Shown piece after piece: positions 25,724-39,939 of a stretch of DNA of 64,000 nt. Source of the DNA: Camelus dromedarius (Eukaryota); the NCBI RefSeq assembly GCF_036321535.1, contig NC_087437.1:37388001-37452000 (forward strand), read 5' to 3'. A model generated the notes under the pieces. It worked only from the letters and a program-made list of their open reading frames with translations, ran no database searches and was not told the DNA's origin. The number at the start of each line of letters is the position of its first letter. Position 1 is the stretch's first letter. A program made the translations under genes and the position numbers.

Positions 25724-28149
25724 AGTGGTTTTCTTTACCCTTAGTACAATATGTTATACTTCATGTTTACTTTTGTGTTACCCTAAGTATTTCACAGAAA
25801 AAGCTCGTGTTTGGAGTTGAAAATTTTGGACTTGATTTTAAGTTCTGCTACTTATCTGCAGTATTCAAGCTCTCTTGTTGTTGAGGGGAAGTTGGGAATG
25901 GAGAGGCAGACTGAGGGGGAAGGGTGAGCACAGAGCAGCCTCATTGCAAACTCCTCGCTTGTTCTCCCTGACAACACTCTCCCGGGATGATAAGACAACT
26001 AAATAGCACTGCTTTACTACTGGAGTCTGGAGGGGAGCCCAGAGGCAGCTGGGAGCCAAAATAAAGCCGCAAACCCAAGCTCCCTGGAAAAAAAGTGTAA
26101 CAATAGGGTCTCCTTTTTTATGTAGGTGATGGGCTTAGAATAAATAAATCCTCATAGATTAAAATGATGGTTTCCTCTTCAAAGCAAAGTTGAAATGAAA
26201 ACAAAATCATGTGGCAGACATTTTTGAGAGGCAGCGAACAGAAGTCTCTTTCAAGAGACCCTAGTAAATCCACTAAGAGTAGAAAAATGGACAGCTCAGG
26301 GCTGTTTGCCGCTTGCTAACTGCAAGAGGCCAGCTGTCCCACTGTTTGAATCCAAATATTTTGAATCCAATAACTTCATAATCTCCAACGGTATCCCCTT
26401 CTAACATCACTCATCTCCTACTTAAAGTATTGAGAACATTTGCTTATTGTCTACCTTCCCTCCAAATTTATTTCTCCTGAAAATGATACACAGTGAGGTA
26501 AGAATGAGCCAATCAAAACACAGCCACGAGCATCTCTCAATCTCATAATTATTTTTGCTAAGTAGCCATAGAGCTAGCCAATGTGTGACCTTGTTCATAT
26601 AGTTCCTCTCTCTAGAATATCCTATTTCCTTTTCTGTTAACATTCAATTATGCAATATTAGATATTCAACTCAAAAGCCAGCTCCTTTCTTTGAAGGTTT
26701 CTTTGAATTCTACAAGCAAACTTAGTTCACTTTTCAAATGTTGCCAGAAAACTACTTAATTGTTACAACATTTTGGCTAGGCTAGACAGGAACCAGGGTT
26801 AGAGAGGCACATGGGCTTGCCTAAAGTCCAGGAACCACTTTGGAGCCGACTGTAATCTAACCCACAAACGGAGTTTAGAGATGCGCAGATCTATCTAGTA
26901 GGTATGAAGAACCAAAGAGCACAAGAGAGTGGCTGCTTCATTTTCTCCATGTTGCATGCTGCCCACTGCTATGAGCGGAAGGTCAGGTTTGTTTTGTACG
27001 GTAGCACAAAGCTCCCTCGAGTGCCCTTACTGCTCCACCTTCCCACCAACATGCTCTGCTGCTTACAATTTCCCGTATTGGATTTTCTTTGGAAAAAACT
27101 TTGTCTCTAGAACATTATGTCGAAAAACATACAAATTATCTGAAAATTGCTACATCTACACTCTTTCTCTTGTATCTATCCACTCGCCTCCATCCTTCCT
27201 GCCATTATTGGGGCTGTAGTTTTATTTATATCTTATTGATGGTCCTCAGTCTCTTCATCAACCAGATTAAATGACAACACCACCATCAGAGTTACCATTT
27301 AAAAACTCTTATGAACATGTCAATTCTATGCTTGAGACATATCTCCCAATTGCCTACTGAAGAAAATCAAAACCTGTTTTAATCTCAGCGTATGGCCTAC
27401 ATTGGAGTCATACTGAATAGTTACTATTTTCTAAGATAAAATTATGGATTTCTTTTGCAGGGATTGATTCCACAATGGATCTGCTCAGAAAAAGCTAGTC
27501 ATTTAAAATTTCCTAGGAGATCACAGCCAAAATCTAGGTCATTTTCTGAGCATAAACTTAAAAAATAGAGAAAGGTAAAAAGACCAAAATCAGAAAAACT
27601 CTACCCCTACACATCAGTGTATGCATGTTTGTGTCTCTGTGTGTATTTTTTTCTCTTTCTATACATATCTTCTCTCTCTTATTTAAGTAGAACTTTTCCT
27701 TGACTATATATAAATGAAAGATAAAACTAGTTTTTTCTTTACTTATGATGCAGTTAATGTCTTCAAATGTAACTTATTTATTCTACTGGGATATCGACTA
27801 ATAAATATAACTGTGATGTGTGTGCGTGTGTCTGTGCACATGTGAGTGTTAAAGCAGAGCAATGATAATTCCAGAAATTCTTTGGAGTCAAAAATCAAAG
27901 TGGATTCAGGAAAATAGCAAATTTGAAATCTTTCTTCTCCATTTACTTGCCATATGAACTTAGGAAAACTTAAATTTTCTCTACATCAATTTCCTCACCT
28001 GTAAACTAAGAAAAATAATGCCTAGTCTCACTTGAGGAAATGAGATTATATAAGTAATACATCTGACAAAAATTAATTAATAAGCGGAAGCTTTGTAATC
28101 CCTTGCAAGCCCTCTAGTATTTCTGTTAAGTACGGCATCAAAAGTGTTA

Positions 28150-28700
28150 AGTGGAGTTATTCTTAATCAAATTATCTACCTGCTAAAATCCACTGTGAAT
28201 CTGAATAATTTTTCTGTGCATTTTTATATTAGTATTATCATTTGTAGCTTTGTCTGCAGATTCTTTCAGATTTTCCACATTAATTATCAAGCCATCTATA
28301 AATGGCTTTTACTTCTTTTCCAACATAGATGCTTTACATTGACATTTCCTGACTTATTGCCCTGCTAGATTGTTGGATGGAAGTGCTAGAGTGAAAATGA
28401 TTGCTTTCATCTGAGGGGAAAAGTGTTTGATATTTCACCATTCCATATGATGTTTTGTGGTTTTCTTTTAGCAATGTGGAAAAGCTTCTCTCTATTCTGA
28501 GTTTAGTGACAGATTTTATTACAAACCAATTTTAATTTTCTCAAATGCTTTTTCTGAATCTACTGATAAATTTACGTATTTTTTTCTGATAACATGGCAA
28601 ATTTCATCAATTGGTTTTCAAATGTTAGCCTAATTGTGCATTCCTGGGATAAATCCCACTTGGTCATGCTGCATCATACTCTTTATATGTTGTTACAATT
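28150..28700 (-). mobile_element. Old L1 ORF2 fragment
   Basis: 'gcattcctgggataaatcccacttggtcatg' and 'tcaaatgctttttctgaatctactga'. Confidence 0.75.
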
Positions 28701-29477
28701 CAGAAATGAGCTACCATTATATAGCAGACCAAACACTGAAAGGTAAATGAGGTTATATTCAAATCTCACAGCTGGTGCCAAATTCAAAATTTAATCATAT
28801 GCAACTTAGGAAATGAGGAAATCACCTCGAAAATGTTATATTACTTATTATTCACAAGGTACTTGAAAGCACAAGTATTAACTCTTCCATAAATAAATAC
28901 AGTAACATAAGTAAAGCTTCAGAACAGAAGCCAGCTCTGCACCCTGTTCTGTACATACAAATGCACATGCTTTAGCACTGCACTTCACTACCACTACCTG
29001 TGTGGGTGACTTCAGGTTATTGTCTGGATATATTTTGGTGGGAAGTGGTATTTGGTTGGCCAGAGGCCCTGGTAAAATACCTCTTTAAATTAATTCACAT
29101 CTAAATATTCATAGACAGCTGTTTCAAATAAGCCTAACTGAAATAATATAACAAAATATGAAAGAAATAAAAATAATTAAGAAATAAATAATTAAAGAAA
29201 AATAAAAGACCCAGTGATCACCATATACATCTTCTAGTGATCTAGGGAGAGACAGAGACAGAAAGAGAGAGAGATATTACCTCTCTCTGTAATCAATTTT
29301 ATAATAAATGGAATGGGGGTTTTATCTGTAAAGGAGTTTTTTCCCCGTCTCAGGTTATGTGCTCTCAATTACACATCTCTAAACATTTTACTGAATATCC
29401 TGCCTCTAATCACACCCTCATTTATATTTCCAAGTAACCAAGTGCCCCCACTTTGAAGACTCAAACCTGACTCTTAC

Positions 29478-29635
29478 CACTGGATCAGTTTCTCCAGTGA
29501 AGCCAGTAGGCACGCGGCTCCTGTGGTTATTGTCATGTCATCTGCAGACAGCCTCTCCGCAGGGGCTGCCAGATCCCTGCCAGCCTCATGCCTCTGCCAT
29601 TTACTTCTACTCATTTTACTGCCAAGTTCTGTCCT
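29478..29635 (-). other. Exon-like segment of unknown affiliation
   Basis: gttctcttttcag acceptor and GTG|gtaaga donor. Frame 0 open (RTELGSKMSRSKWQRHEAGRDLAAPAERLSADDMTITTGAACLLASLEKLIQ). GC-richer than the other exons, with no motif. Confidence 0.3.
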
Positions 29636-31019
29636 CTGAAAAGAGAACAACCAGCCATGAGCAATATGCTCTTTTTCTGCAGACTGACAGGGATGCACTT
29701 TAATCTCCTCTTGTGTCTCCTAACAGAAGCTTTCACCACAGTTTTTGTTGACTGTCAAGCTATTCCAAATCACGACTCATGACCCAGTGAGGAGGAGAAC
29801 TTTGGATTATTTACATTTAGTTGACAAGGAGGATGCTGAAAATGAAACACACAATGGAAAGATGCTAGGGTATGTTTCAGAATTGGTATTCTGAATGGAA
29901 TTTTTTCCCTTTAAACACAGTACACGTGTAGAAGTTTATTTCAGTATTTATGGAATATAAACAAGATATTCCTAGTGAAGTAGAAGGGATGAATTCTAAA
30001 TTAAACTCATTGTGGATTTTTAAAAGATCTTCCATCAAAAAATTTAAGTAAGTGATCCTTCTACTCTAGGCCTGACACTAGAATTCCACCAGCCATCTTT
30101 CTGCTTCTTAATTTACTATGCAACAAGCTGAGAAAACCATTCTCTTAGGTAGGGAGAATTGGACAATGGGAAAAACACTGAAAATGGCCTAGTATGGTGC
30201 ACAATAATTGTTGATTTACGTATTTTTCAACTTCACCACCAGTCTGGGACTGGCTTGTGAATTCATCTAAGTAACATATGCAAGGCACTTACATGACTGT
30301 GAGGATAGTACTACAGCCTGGCTTTACCACCAATTTTGAGAACTTACCACTGGACCTCCCAGACATCAGTTTCTTCAGTAAAATGGGAAGTTTGAACTAG
30401 ATTAGAGGTAACAAGTTCTCTATTTATCCTGCTTACCATCTACATTGTGAGAATAATGGAAATCTAAAAAAATTAAAAGGTCACATAAAATCTGAATCTG
30501 AGGAGTGTCTCGATGATCTCTTTCTGTCTAATAAACCACCTCAATGTTTAGTGAATAAGAACAATTTATTATATCCTATAATGCTGTAGTTGAACGGGTG
30601 CTTACACTCACACACAGTGTAGAATGAGAGGCCGGGACAGTAGTCTAGAGGCAGGACCGTGAGCTCAGCTGGGGCTGCTGACTGTGCTTCTTGGTTTGCC
30701 TGTGTGGGGGCCTCTCCACCCGGCTTTTAGGGCTGCTGAACAGCATGGTGGTGAGGCTCCAAGAGGAAACCCTGTAAGAAAACTGCCCCTAAGTGCAAGC
30801 ACTTATTCACGTATCAATACTCTACTTGTTTTCACACTTAAAAATATTCATCTCGGCAAAGTTACACGACAAATTCCAGAATTATTGTAGAAAGTGATTT
30901 CATAATGGCATGAATAATAGAAAGTGTGATTAATTGGAAGTTAATTGTCCCCAAAGCAACAATCTACAGGAAGTCTTTCAGAAAACTGGAATCTCTGCTT
31001 AAACTACACAGAAGCTGAT

Positions 31020-31356
31020 CCACTGTGTATATATATCGTCTTCATCCAGTCATCTGTCTATGGAGATTTAGGTCGTTTCCATGTCTTATCTATTGTAAAC
31101 AGTGTTGCTGTGAACACTGGGGTGCCTGTGTCTTTTCAAATTAGAGTTTTCTCTGGACATATGCCCAGGAGTGTGATTGCTGGATCATATGGTAAGTCTA
31201 TTTTTAGTTTTTTAAGGAACCTTCATACTGTCCTCCATAGTGGCTGCACCAATATACATTCCCACCAACAGTGTAGGAAGTTCCCTTTAATCCACACCTT
31301 CTGCAGCATTTATCATTTGTGGACTTTTTAATGATGGCCATTCTGACTGGTGTGAG
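31020..31356 (-). mobile_element. Tail-less internal L1 fragment with 9-bp flanking direct repeat
   Basis: Close match to 10005-10350 L1 sequence; GAAGCTGAT at 31011-31019 and 31357-31365. Confidence 0.85.
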
Positions 31357-33392
31357 GAAGCTGATTCCTTCAAATAGGCCTTACATCCTCTAAAATTCCT
31401 TTGTTATCAGCCAGGCCATTTCACTAGCATATAATTTACTTGGTCCTGGAGGAATTTGAGTTGTCTGTCCCTGTACTAAATGACTGCAACAATTTTGGTA
31501 AGGCCTGGAATGCATACTATTAAAACCATTCTTTTAAAAAGTTGACATTCAATGTGTTCAGATACTTTATAGGCACTTAATGCTTATCAAAACATTTGTA
31601 ATACTAATATGAGGTAATTATACCCTTAAAAGAGCTTAATTGCTTTGATTTTTTGCCAGTGAATTACTTGAAAATGACCTAAAACAACCTATTTTTTTTC
31701 TGGCATTCACAATTTCCAGTGATTTATTTCTTTAAATGTAGTGTATTCACCTAGGTATGCCAATAGGACAAAATCAAAGTATTAAGCTGAATCAGAAATA
31801 TATTTTTCCAATGTGTAGAATTTGCAAGAATATTATGATATTTTATTTACTCAGTCTTTTTTTTTGGCCAGTAGTCAACTATACATAATCCTATACTGTG
31901 TGGGAAAAATGAAAATACATATAGAGAGACTAGATAGATAATATTAAAATAACTATGTGAGTTTAAATGATTTCACTTATAAATAAGCAAAAACCATGAA
32001 TCAAATTGGCTTAGAAATATAATAATCTATTATATCACTTGACAAGAATTTCAAGGGTATGGCCGCGATACAAAGCTGGCTCAGCTGATGAACCAGTGAT
32101 GTCATCGAGGGTACAGACTCCATTTCTCAGCTCTGCTCTTTATTGTTTTGGTTTTACCTTTAATTAAGCCTACTTCTCTTTCAACTTATTGACCAGATAT
32201 AGGCATTGCATATGGCTTAATAATTTTCAAGTATGAAAAGATCATGGGTTCTCTCTTTCTTGTGTCTCTTATTTTGGGGCACAGAAAATTTTCCCGGAAG
32301 ACAGCTAGTGTACTTTGCCTCAATTCTGATTGGCAAGAAATGGTTCACTCTGCTATTTCTAAGCCAGGTATTTGCAAAAACAAAAAGAGGTCACTAGTAA
32401 TAACTTAGATGAATCATTTGGGATGAAATGGGTTTTGGAGAATCGATGACTATGGTTATTATAATTTCAATTGTAAGACTGGATGCACTTTTGGATGGGA
32501 GGCAGCTTATTGTAATAGAAAAGATGGGGATCTAAGAATCAGAAATACTGGATTCTAGTCATTTTTCCTCCACAAATTCACAAGTTTTTATACAAAATCT
32601 TTAGCGTGAGATGTGTTCTTAAGTCATGTGTGACAGGTTTTTCCCTTCTGGAGGATTTTGTTTTCCTTTTGTCATCAATGTTCTGAAATTTCATCATTGC
32701 TTGGTTTAGCGTGGTTCTTTTAAAAAACATTATGTTGAATATTTGGTGGACCTTAATAATCTAGAAAATTATATCCTTCAGTTTGAGAAAATTTGTATTA
32801 TTTTTTGATAATTTTCTCTCCTCCACTTGTTTTCTTTTCACTAGAATTTTCATTAAATGTATGTTGGCGCTTCTAGACTAATTAAATTTTTTTTTCTTCC
32901 ATGTTTTTGTTCTCTTAGTGTCTTTAGGTTTTTGTTTTTTGTCTTTGCTTTGTCTTGTTTTTGTTTTGGTAATTTTTTATCTACTCTGCATTGTCATCAT
33001 TTTGTTCTATATTCTCTTTTGCTTGCATGTTTACATCTCTGTATTTGATGTTAGAGGCTTTTCTCAAATGTCTAATGATCCTGGTGTCCATTAAAAAATG
33101 AAGCATTAACATGCTGATCAGAGCTGTTCATACCTAAGTTCTCTTTAATGTGAGCCTTTCACAAACTTAACTTTCTGTCAGTCTTTCCTGGGGGTATAAA
33201 CCTGATGCTAGCATTCTGGGAGCCAAGAAGGGGAAGGGTGGAAGGGAATCTCACTGTTAACTATTCTGATTTTCACATCATCTCCCTCTTTCCAGTGACA
33301 CCTCCCCTCCTGATCTCAATTCTGTCTGATATCCCAAGTCTGGGAGGTAAAGCTCCCGTTTTCTACCAACGTGGGAAATGAGTCTAGGAATC

Positions 33393-36092
33393 TGTATTAT
33401 TTCTCCAGAGAAACAGAACCAAGAGGACATATATGGGTATACATCAGAGGAGAGTTATTATAGAAATTGGCTTATGCAATTGTGGAGACCAAGAAGTTCC
33501 ATGGTCTACCATCTGCCAGCTGGAGAATCAAGAAAGCTATTGGTATGATTCAGTCTGAGTTCAAAGGCCCAGGAATCAGGGAGCCACTGGTTTAAGACCT
33601 GGACCAAGTCTGAGGGCCCAAGAACCAAGAATGTCAATGTCCAAAGGCCGGAAAAGATGGATGTCCCAGCCCAAGCAAAGAGAACAAATTTGCCCTTCTT
33701 CTGCTTTTTTGCTTTTTACGGAATAAAATTTCCCGATAGAATGGATGATGCCCACTTCGTAAGCTTCTGAATTCCTTTCTCTATACTAAGCTGAAGGAAG
33801 TCAGACATTTACCATTTGCTCATGGCATGCCATCTTTTACTTCATGTTTCAGGCAAGAAATTAAACTATTAGAGCCCTTTCTAACTCCTTAGTCCTTAAC
33901 ATTAAATGCAGATGATCTGCTTAGTAAGCCTGTGTCATCAAATTTGGCCCAATACAACTTTATGTTCCTTCTGCCATTATCACACACCCTTAGTACACAT
34001 TCCTATCCACAGTCCCTGGATTTCTGCTTGTATAGATTAGAAAACTCAAGTAATTCTTTTGGAGTGAGAACACCTCCTGAGGGGTCATACTTTGTATTTC
34101 ACCTTCAGGGACCTGCTGGGACTTGAATTACAGGTAACAGAAGCACAGAGAGGTGGTGGGGGTGGCACTGGAGGAGAACCAGCATTGTCTTGCACGGTAG
34201 CTGCCTCAGGGGAAGCCTGTCATTTCCTGAGGCAATGCAGGCTTCATGCTCACAGACTGGTGGGAAGGAAGACAGATCCCACTGTAGGTGGGGAGGCCAT
34301 TACAACTAGGAAGTATGTAGGTCACGTCCCCTGAGGTGGTGGAGGCCACGGTTGCTGAACGTAAGGAGACCTCTTCTACTGGTAGAGAAGGTCCATCAAA
34401 ATTCTGGGGCTCGATATTCCCAGCTTACTCAGGGTTTACCCACATGTCATCACCTAACTTACAGAATCTCATTCTTCCCCTATTATGCTCTCACTTAAAC
34501 AGTGGCTGCCCTGTGTGTCTGAGAGTTCAACTTTCATAATTTATACAATTGGAGGATGAAGGTCTGTGTTTGATTTTCAGCAATTTCAGCCCTGCAGTTA
34601 CAGGAGATAAGACTCTCTTTCAAGGCACACAGAGAAGCTCTTCGGTCATTTATGCAACACTTGAACTGGGAATTCAAAGCCCTGAGCTCATCCTTTTCTT
34701 TCATCCTTTGTCCAGCAACATTAGCAGCAATCCACCAACATCATTACACTCCTTATTTTTCCAAGAATTCTTGAAAGTACTGACGAAATATCAAATGCCA
34801 GTCAAGTTAAGAAGAAAGAAAAGAGAATTTTATTCAAGCCAAACTGAGGATTATAACCCAGGAAACAGACTCTCGGAAGCTCTGAGAATGGTTCCATTGA
34901 TCAGGAGTTAGAGATGCAGTTTTATATACCTTTGAGACAGGATTTATGTGTTATATTGACACATTAGCACTGTACACAAAATTCATCAAAGTCATGTTTG
35001 GGTTTTTTTTTGTTTTTGTTTGTTTTTATATATGGTATTCTTGTACAGAACAAGCCTTTGGTAAATGAGACTCCTTGAAATAAAAAAGAAATATTAATCT
35101 TAAAATTACAATGCTGGAGTCTGAAGAAAGGGATCAATTTTTCTCAAAGATTGATTTTATCTTTCTGCTTTGAAGAGGTCTGGTTAATGTATAATGTCGA
35201 TGCACATTGCACACTGGGAAAGGCCTACTACAAAGGGGGCATGTTATTTTTTCTTTATGTCTTTGATTATCCTGCCATAGGAAAAATTATGATTTACCCT
35301 TATCAGTATCATATACAGAGTTAACCTGCTCCCTTTCATATAAATGGTTAGTTAGGAGTTTCCAATACATATAGTTTGTGTATCTCTATAAACAGCTCAC
35401 ACTAGGGGCCATCAGTGCTCTCTTTACTACTTGGAATAGAGTCATTAGCATCTTTAAATCTGAACATATTTGAGAGTCAATTCCAGAAACCCCAGAACAA
35501 TTCAGAAAAATCATCCTAAAAAATTTTGCTCCTCGAGAGCCTCTGTCAATAATACCACAATCTATATTAGTGAGGGTTCTCCAGAGAAACAGAACCAATA
35601 GACTATACATAGATAAGAGGAGATATATTATAGTAATGGTCTCACATAGTTATGGAGGCCAAGCGGTCTCAAAACTGCTGCCTGCAAGCAGGAAAGTCCG
35701 TGGTGTAATTCAGTCCACAGTCCTGACAACCAGAGGAACTAATGACTTAGTCCCAGTCTAAGTCCAAAGGCCTGAGAATCAGGCGGTCAGTGGGTGCAAG
35801 TCCCAGTCCAAGTTCAATGGCCAGAACACTGATGTTCAAGCACAGGAGAAAATGGATGTCCCGGCTCTAGCAAAAATAGCAAAGTAATCCTTCCCCTGCC
35901 TTTTTGTTCTGTTCAGGCCCACAAGGGATAGATGCTCATCCACACTGATGTGAAAGATCTTTGTTCTGTGTCTTGATTCAAATGTTAACCTTTGCAGAAA
36001 CACCCTCACAGACACACCCAGATAAAGCGTTTTGCCAGCTATGTGGGCAACCCTTAACCTAGTCAAGCTGACACATAAAATGAGCCATTACA
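33393..36092 (-). mobile_element. ERVL/MLT2 proviral remnant: two MLT2 LTRs (33393-~33757 partial; ~35563-36092) with a short internal stub
   Basis: MLT2 motif 'ttctccagagaaacagaacca' at both LTRs; ERVL-int-like stub at about 35370-35562; 5-bp TSD GAATC at 33388-33392 and 36093-36097. Confidence 0.8.
34781..35305 (-). mobile_element. ERV1-class solo LTR
   Basis: TG...CA ends, near-TSD gtac/gtat. 'ttttattcaagccaaactgaggattataacccaggaaacagactctc' is the reverse complement of the similar LTR end at about 39610-39665. Confidence 0.7.
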
Positions 36093-37987
36093 GAATCTGA
36101 CGCTTTAGAAGACTTTAAACCCCTCCTCCTATTTTCAGCCTCACCCCACTCTAGGAGAGGTAGAATGATCTGTGGATCAAATCAGGCTTGCTTCTTGCTT
36201 CTTCTCCTCCACAGACCTGCAACCTTCATCTCTCTCTGGTTTGTTACCATTCCTTCCCATTCTGCGGCTTCCAAACATCTTTGCTGTATCTCTAGTCTCA
36301 TTCTTTTTGTTTGTTCCATGTTTATATCTTTTTTACTTCTTGACCGATATTTTAGTGAGTTGTTCCGGAGAAAACAAAGGTAAAGAACTCTCCACCATAT
36401 TTAACCACGAGTCTCTCAATGTTTTTCATTTATTTTTCTTACGCACAGAGTGGTAATTTAAAATAAATTATGTCTTATGGTGGAGAAGTTCACAAGATTT
36501 CTTCATCTGAATTTTAGTTTCATTTTTCTTCATGGGCTATTCACAGAAACAAGCACAAGCAGGCATAGAACCTTCCCTCATTTGCCTCACTGCTCAGTGC
36601 CCTCTGTCTCTCCTCAGGAGGCAGAAGCCAGGCAGTGGTTCCAACAGCATCCTGGCCCCAGGGTACCACCTCGTGGTGGTGGCCAGGCTGGAGAAAGGCA
36701 CAGATGGGAACTGGCATCTACAGCGCAGCCTGAAGGCAGCTGTGTCACCTGAGCCATAGACACCATGGATTCCAGCCTACCTGTACATAAACAGTCCCTC
36801 TGGGCAGGCAGAGCCACTGGCCCCCAGCACTACTCATTCTCAGACAATCTCCTTCTGAAGTGTTCTTTAGCTATACCACCATGTTGCTTGAACAATCTCT
36901 TCTGTTTTTCTTCTCTGATAACCATATCCCCAAACTCCTGTTTCATCTCATGCAGAGGAGTTTAGCTGTATCATAGATTGTCTTTTAATTCTCACTGAGT
37001 CATAGAGACACACTTTACATAATCAATGTTTCATCTAAATTGCTGTTGATTTTAAATTCATGATATCATTCATCGCTAAGAAGAAAGGTCACCAAGTTAA
37101 CTTTAAGACACCTTAAATTGTAAAACATCTGTTGATTTTAAAACAGGAAAAATACTAATTTTAGCATCAATGAAATATTGTAAATGGCTTATCCAGTTAT
37201 ATTTTCAAATAAAAAATCTTCCCTTATAGAGTTTCTGGTATCAACTAAAATAAGAAAGTTTTCATCATGACAATCTAATTGAGGAATGGCAGTTTAAGTG
37301 TTCTTATATTTAGCTCATATCTAGAATTTACTGAATCCCCAAGTCAGAATAAGAGCAAAGCATTAAAACTCCTATTCCACAGATACAGAATATGTGAAGC
37401 TAATACTGAAGTCACATTATCTTGTCATTTAGAAATACATAATTTGAACTTTCTGCTCTTGTCATGTTCTCACCTACTCAAACACATTTCTGCACTGGAT
37501 ATATACACCTATTATGCACTACTCAAGAATAACTATTTAAATGCTATTTTAATATGATGTTAACATGAATTCTTTGGTCACTAAGATTTGATAGCTGTTG
37601 TAAATAAGCAACTCACATTACAAATTGATAATCAGGTGTTATTTCAAATAGATCATTTTAAATGGCATGAGGCCTGGGAAAAATTTTTGTAATGTGTCAT
37701 TAATGTTAAATTATACAACATAGTTAGCACAAACTGCAATTTTTTGTTAAGTCATATTGGATGTCTTTTATCTTTTATATGCTTTAGAAAACTTATCAGT
37801 TCTACAAAAATAACTTTCAGGGTCCATCACAACAGATTCTGAAGATAAAACATTCATAAAGTATCTTTTTCAATCCCTAAGGAGAAGTCACTTGAAGAGG
37901 CAGCGGCCCTGGGAGCAGTGGCCGCTGGTGTGAATATTGGAAAACGACTTTCACTGAGAGAGTGTGAAGAAGCTGGTGATTCCTTTA

Positions 37988-38038
37988 CACACACACACAC
38001 ACACACACGCACACGCGCACACACACACACACACACAC
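37988..38038. repeat. (CA)n microsatellite, interrupted by CG units
   Basis: Direct reading. Confidence 0.95.
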
Positions 38039-38633
38039 AAAGTACAAACTGGATAAAAACTGACAAAAACCATCCTTTCTGGCTCTGAAAATTGCCAAAG
38101 AAGGATAACAAATTGAAAAGTGTGTATTCTTGGAAAACTATTATAGTTTTGGGTAAGAAGAGCACTCTGCTGCCAACTTGCCTGAGGTTCTTCCCAACAA
38201 CACCTCCCATCAACATTTCAGCTGGCAAAAATAGTACCATTAAAAACTGCAGGGGAGGGAAATGAAAGGGGGACGAGACCAGAACCTTCACTTCCAGAGG
38301 TGTGAAACTGATTTGTGTTGGGGCACCAAACCCCTGCGGTATTGTCAGCTAAAAGTGACAAACTTGGTAGAAAATGAGAATGAGAAAAAACACAGCTCTG
38401 CTAGCCTAAGAAGTCTCAATTGGGATAAGCAGGAGACAGACCAAAAAATCAGCAAGAAGACCCTGGAAATGAGAGCCAAAGAAGGGATTAAAAGTGTTTG
38501 AGCACAAACTCTGCACAAATCATTTAAATGCATTTAAATTAAAATACAACTGACTTGGAAACAAATTGATTTGGAAACCACTAAACTATGCAGCCAGTAG
38601 TAAGAAAAACAATAATAGAAGAAGAGGAGGAGC

Positions 38634-38656
38634 GGGGGGGGGGGGGGGGGGGGGGG
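38634..38656. repeat. Poly-G run in a purine-rich low-complexity tract
   Basis: Direct reading. Confidence 0.9.
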
Positions 38657-39209
38657 CGGCAGAGGAGTAGGGAAGGAGGAGGAGGAGAAAAGGAAGAAGA
38701 AGGAGAAGGGGAAGGGGAAAAAAGAAGCTGAGCAAACATCAGTAACTATACACCATGGGGGAAATATTCTGCAGTTCTATTCTAAGGAAGTTACTTAAAA
38801 ACAAGAAAAATCAAATTAAATACAGATATATTACCTGTATTATATGGCCTAAATTTTTCAATCTTCAATTAAAAATTACAAGTCATGCAAGAAAACAGGA
38901 AAATGTGACCCAAACTCAAGAATAAATGCTGACAAAAGAAACTGACTAATGTAGACACAGATGTTGAATTAGTAATCAACTATTTCAAAGAAGTTATTAT
39001 AAATATGTTCAAAGAATTAAAGCAAATTGTGATGATAATAAATCAAAATAGGAAATTTCAACAGAGAAACAAATTACAGAAGAAAACCAAATGGAAATTC
39101 TAGACTTGAACAAAAACGAAAATAAAAAAAAATTCACTAGATTGTCTCAACAGTAGACGTAATACTGCAGAAGAAGAAAAAATCAGTATATTTGCAGACT
39201 GATTGATGG

Positions 39210-39710
39210 TGATAAAAGAATTTTTCACATACTGAGGTATGAAAAAGTCATTCTGGCTTATACATGAGTTAAGCTGAATTTTATGCTAACTAAAACAGCC
39301 TGTTTGTGACCTATCAAACATACATTGTAAATCTGCTTTAGTTATTAAAGAAAATGGCTTATTGACTAGAAGACTATTCATGTTAAAAATAAAGATTAAA
39401 TGCCTCCCTTCTGGGGACCCCAATTATGACACTTCTTCGATGATGACTCCCTTCCCAGGTGCCAAGCCCATACTGACTCACTGTGTACATGTTGATCTGT
39501 TTGTTTTTTTTTAAACTTTGAAGGAATGTATCCCTGAGTTTTTGATGTTCTTTGTTCTGACAAGATATGAAACTGCTGAAAACCATGCTTCTCTGGAGCA
39601 ATTCCTCAGTTATCTGAGAGGCTGTCTTCCAGGTTATTGACCTCAGTTTGGCTCAAATAAAACTGTTTCCTATTCCTAAGATAGATTGTTTACTAATTAT
39701 TTTCATTGAC
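39210..39710 (+). mobile_element. ERV1-class solo LTR inserted in L1
   Basis: 'gagcaattcctcagttatctgagaggctgtcttccagg...gctcaaataaaac', ending 'ttgaca'. Confidence 0.7.
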
Positions 39711-39939
39711 AATAAAAATTAGTCAGCTCATAAAGCACAGAGAAAAAATGCTGAAGTAAAAATCAAAGCCTCAGTGGCCTGTGAAACAGTCTTAAGCATT
39801 ATTTAATAACATAGATGTAATGGGAGTCTTAGAAGAATGGGAGACAGAGAGAGAACTGAAGAAACCATTTGAATAAATAATGAGTAAACATTTCTAAATA
39901 TATGATTTTACAAGCACATTATTTCAAATAATTTATGTA

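Noticed and set aside
30945..31331. 128-aa plus-strand ORF
   Set aside because: Mostly an antisense reading of the L1 fragment.
37854..38291. 145-aa minus-strand ORF
   Set aside because: Runs through a (CA)n microsatellite and probable L1 5' sequence.
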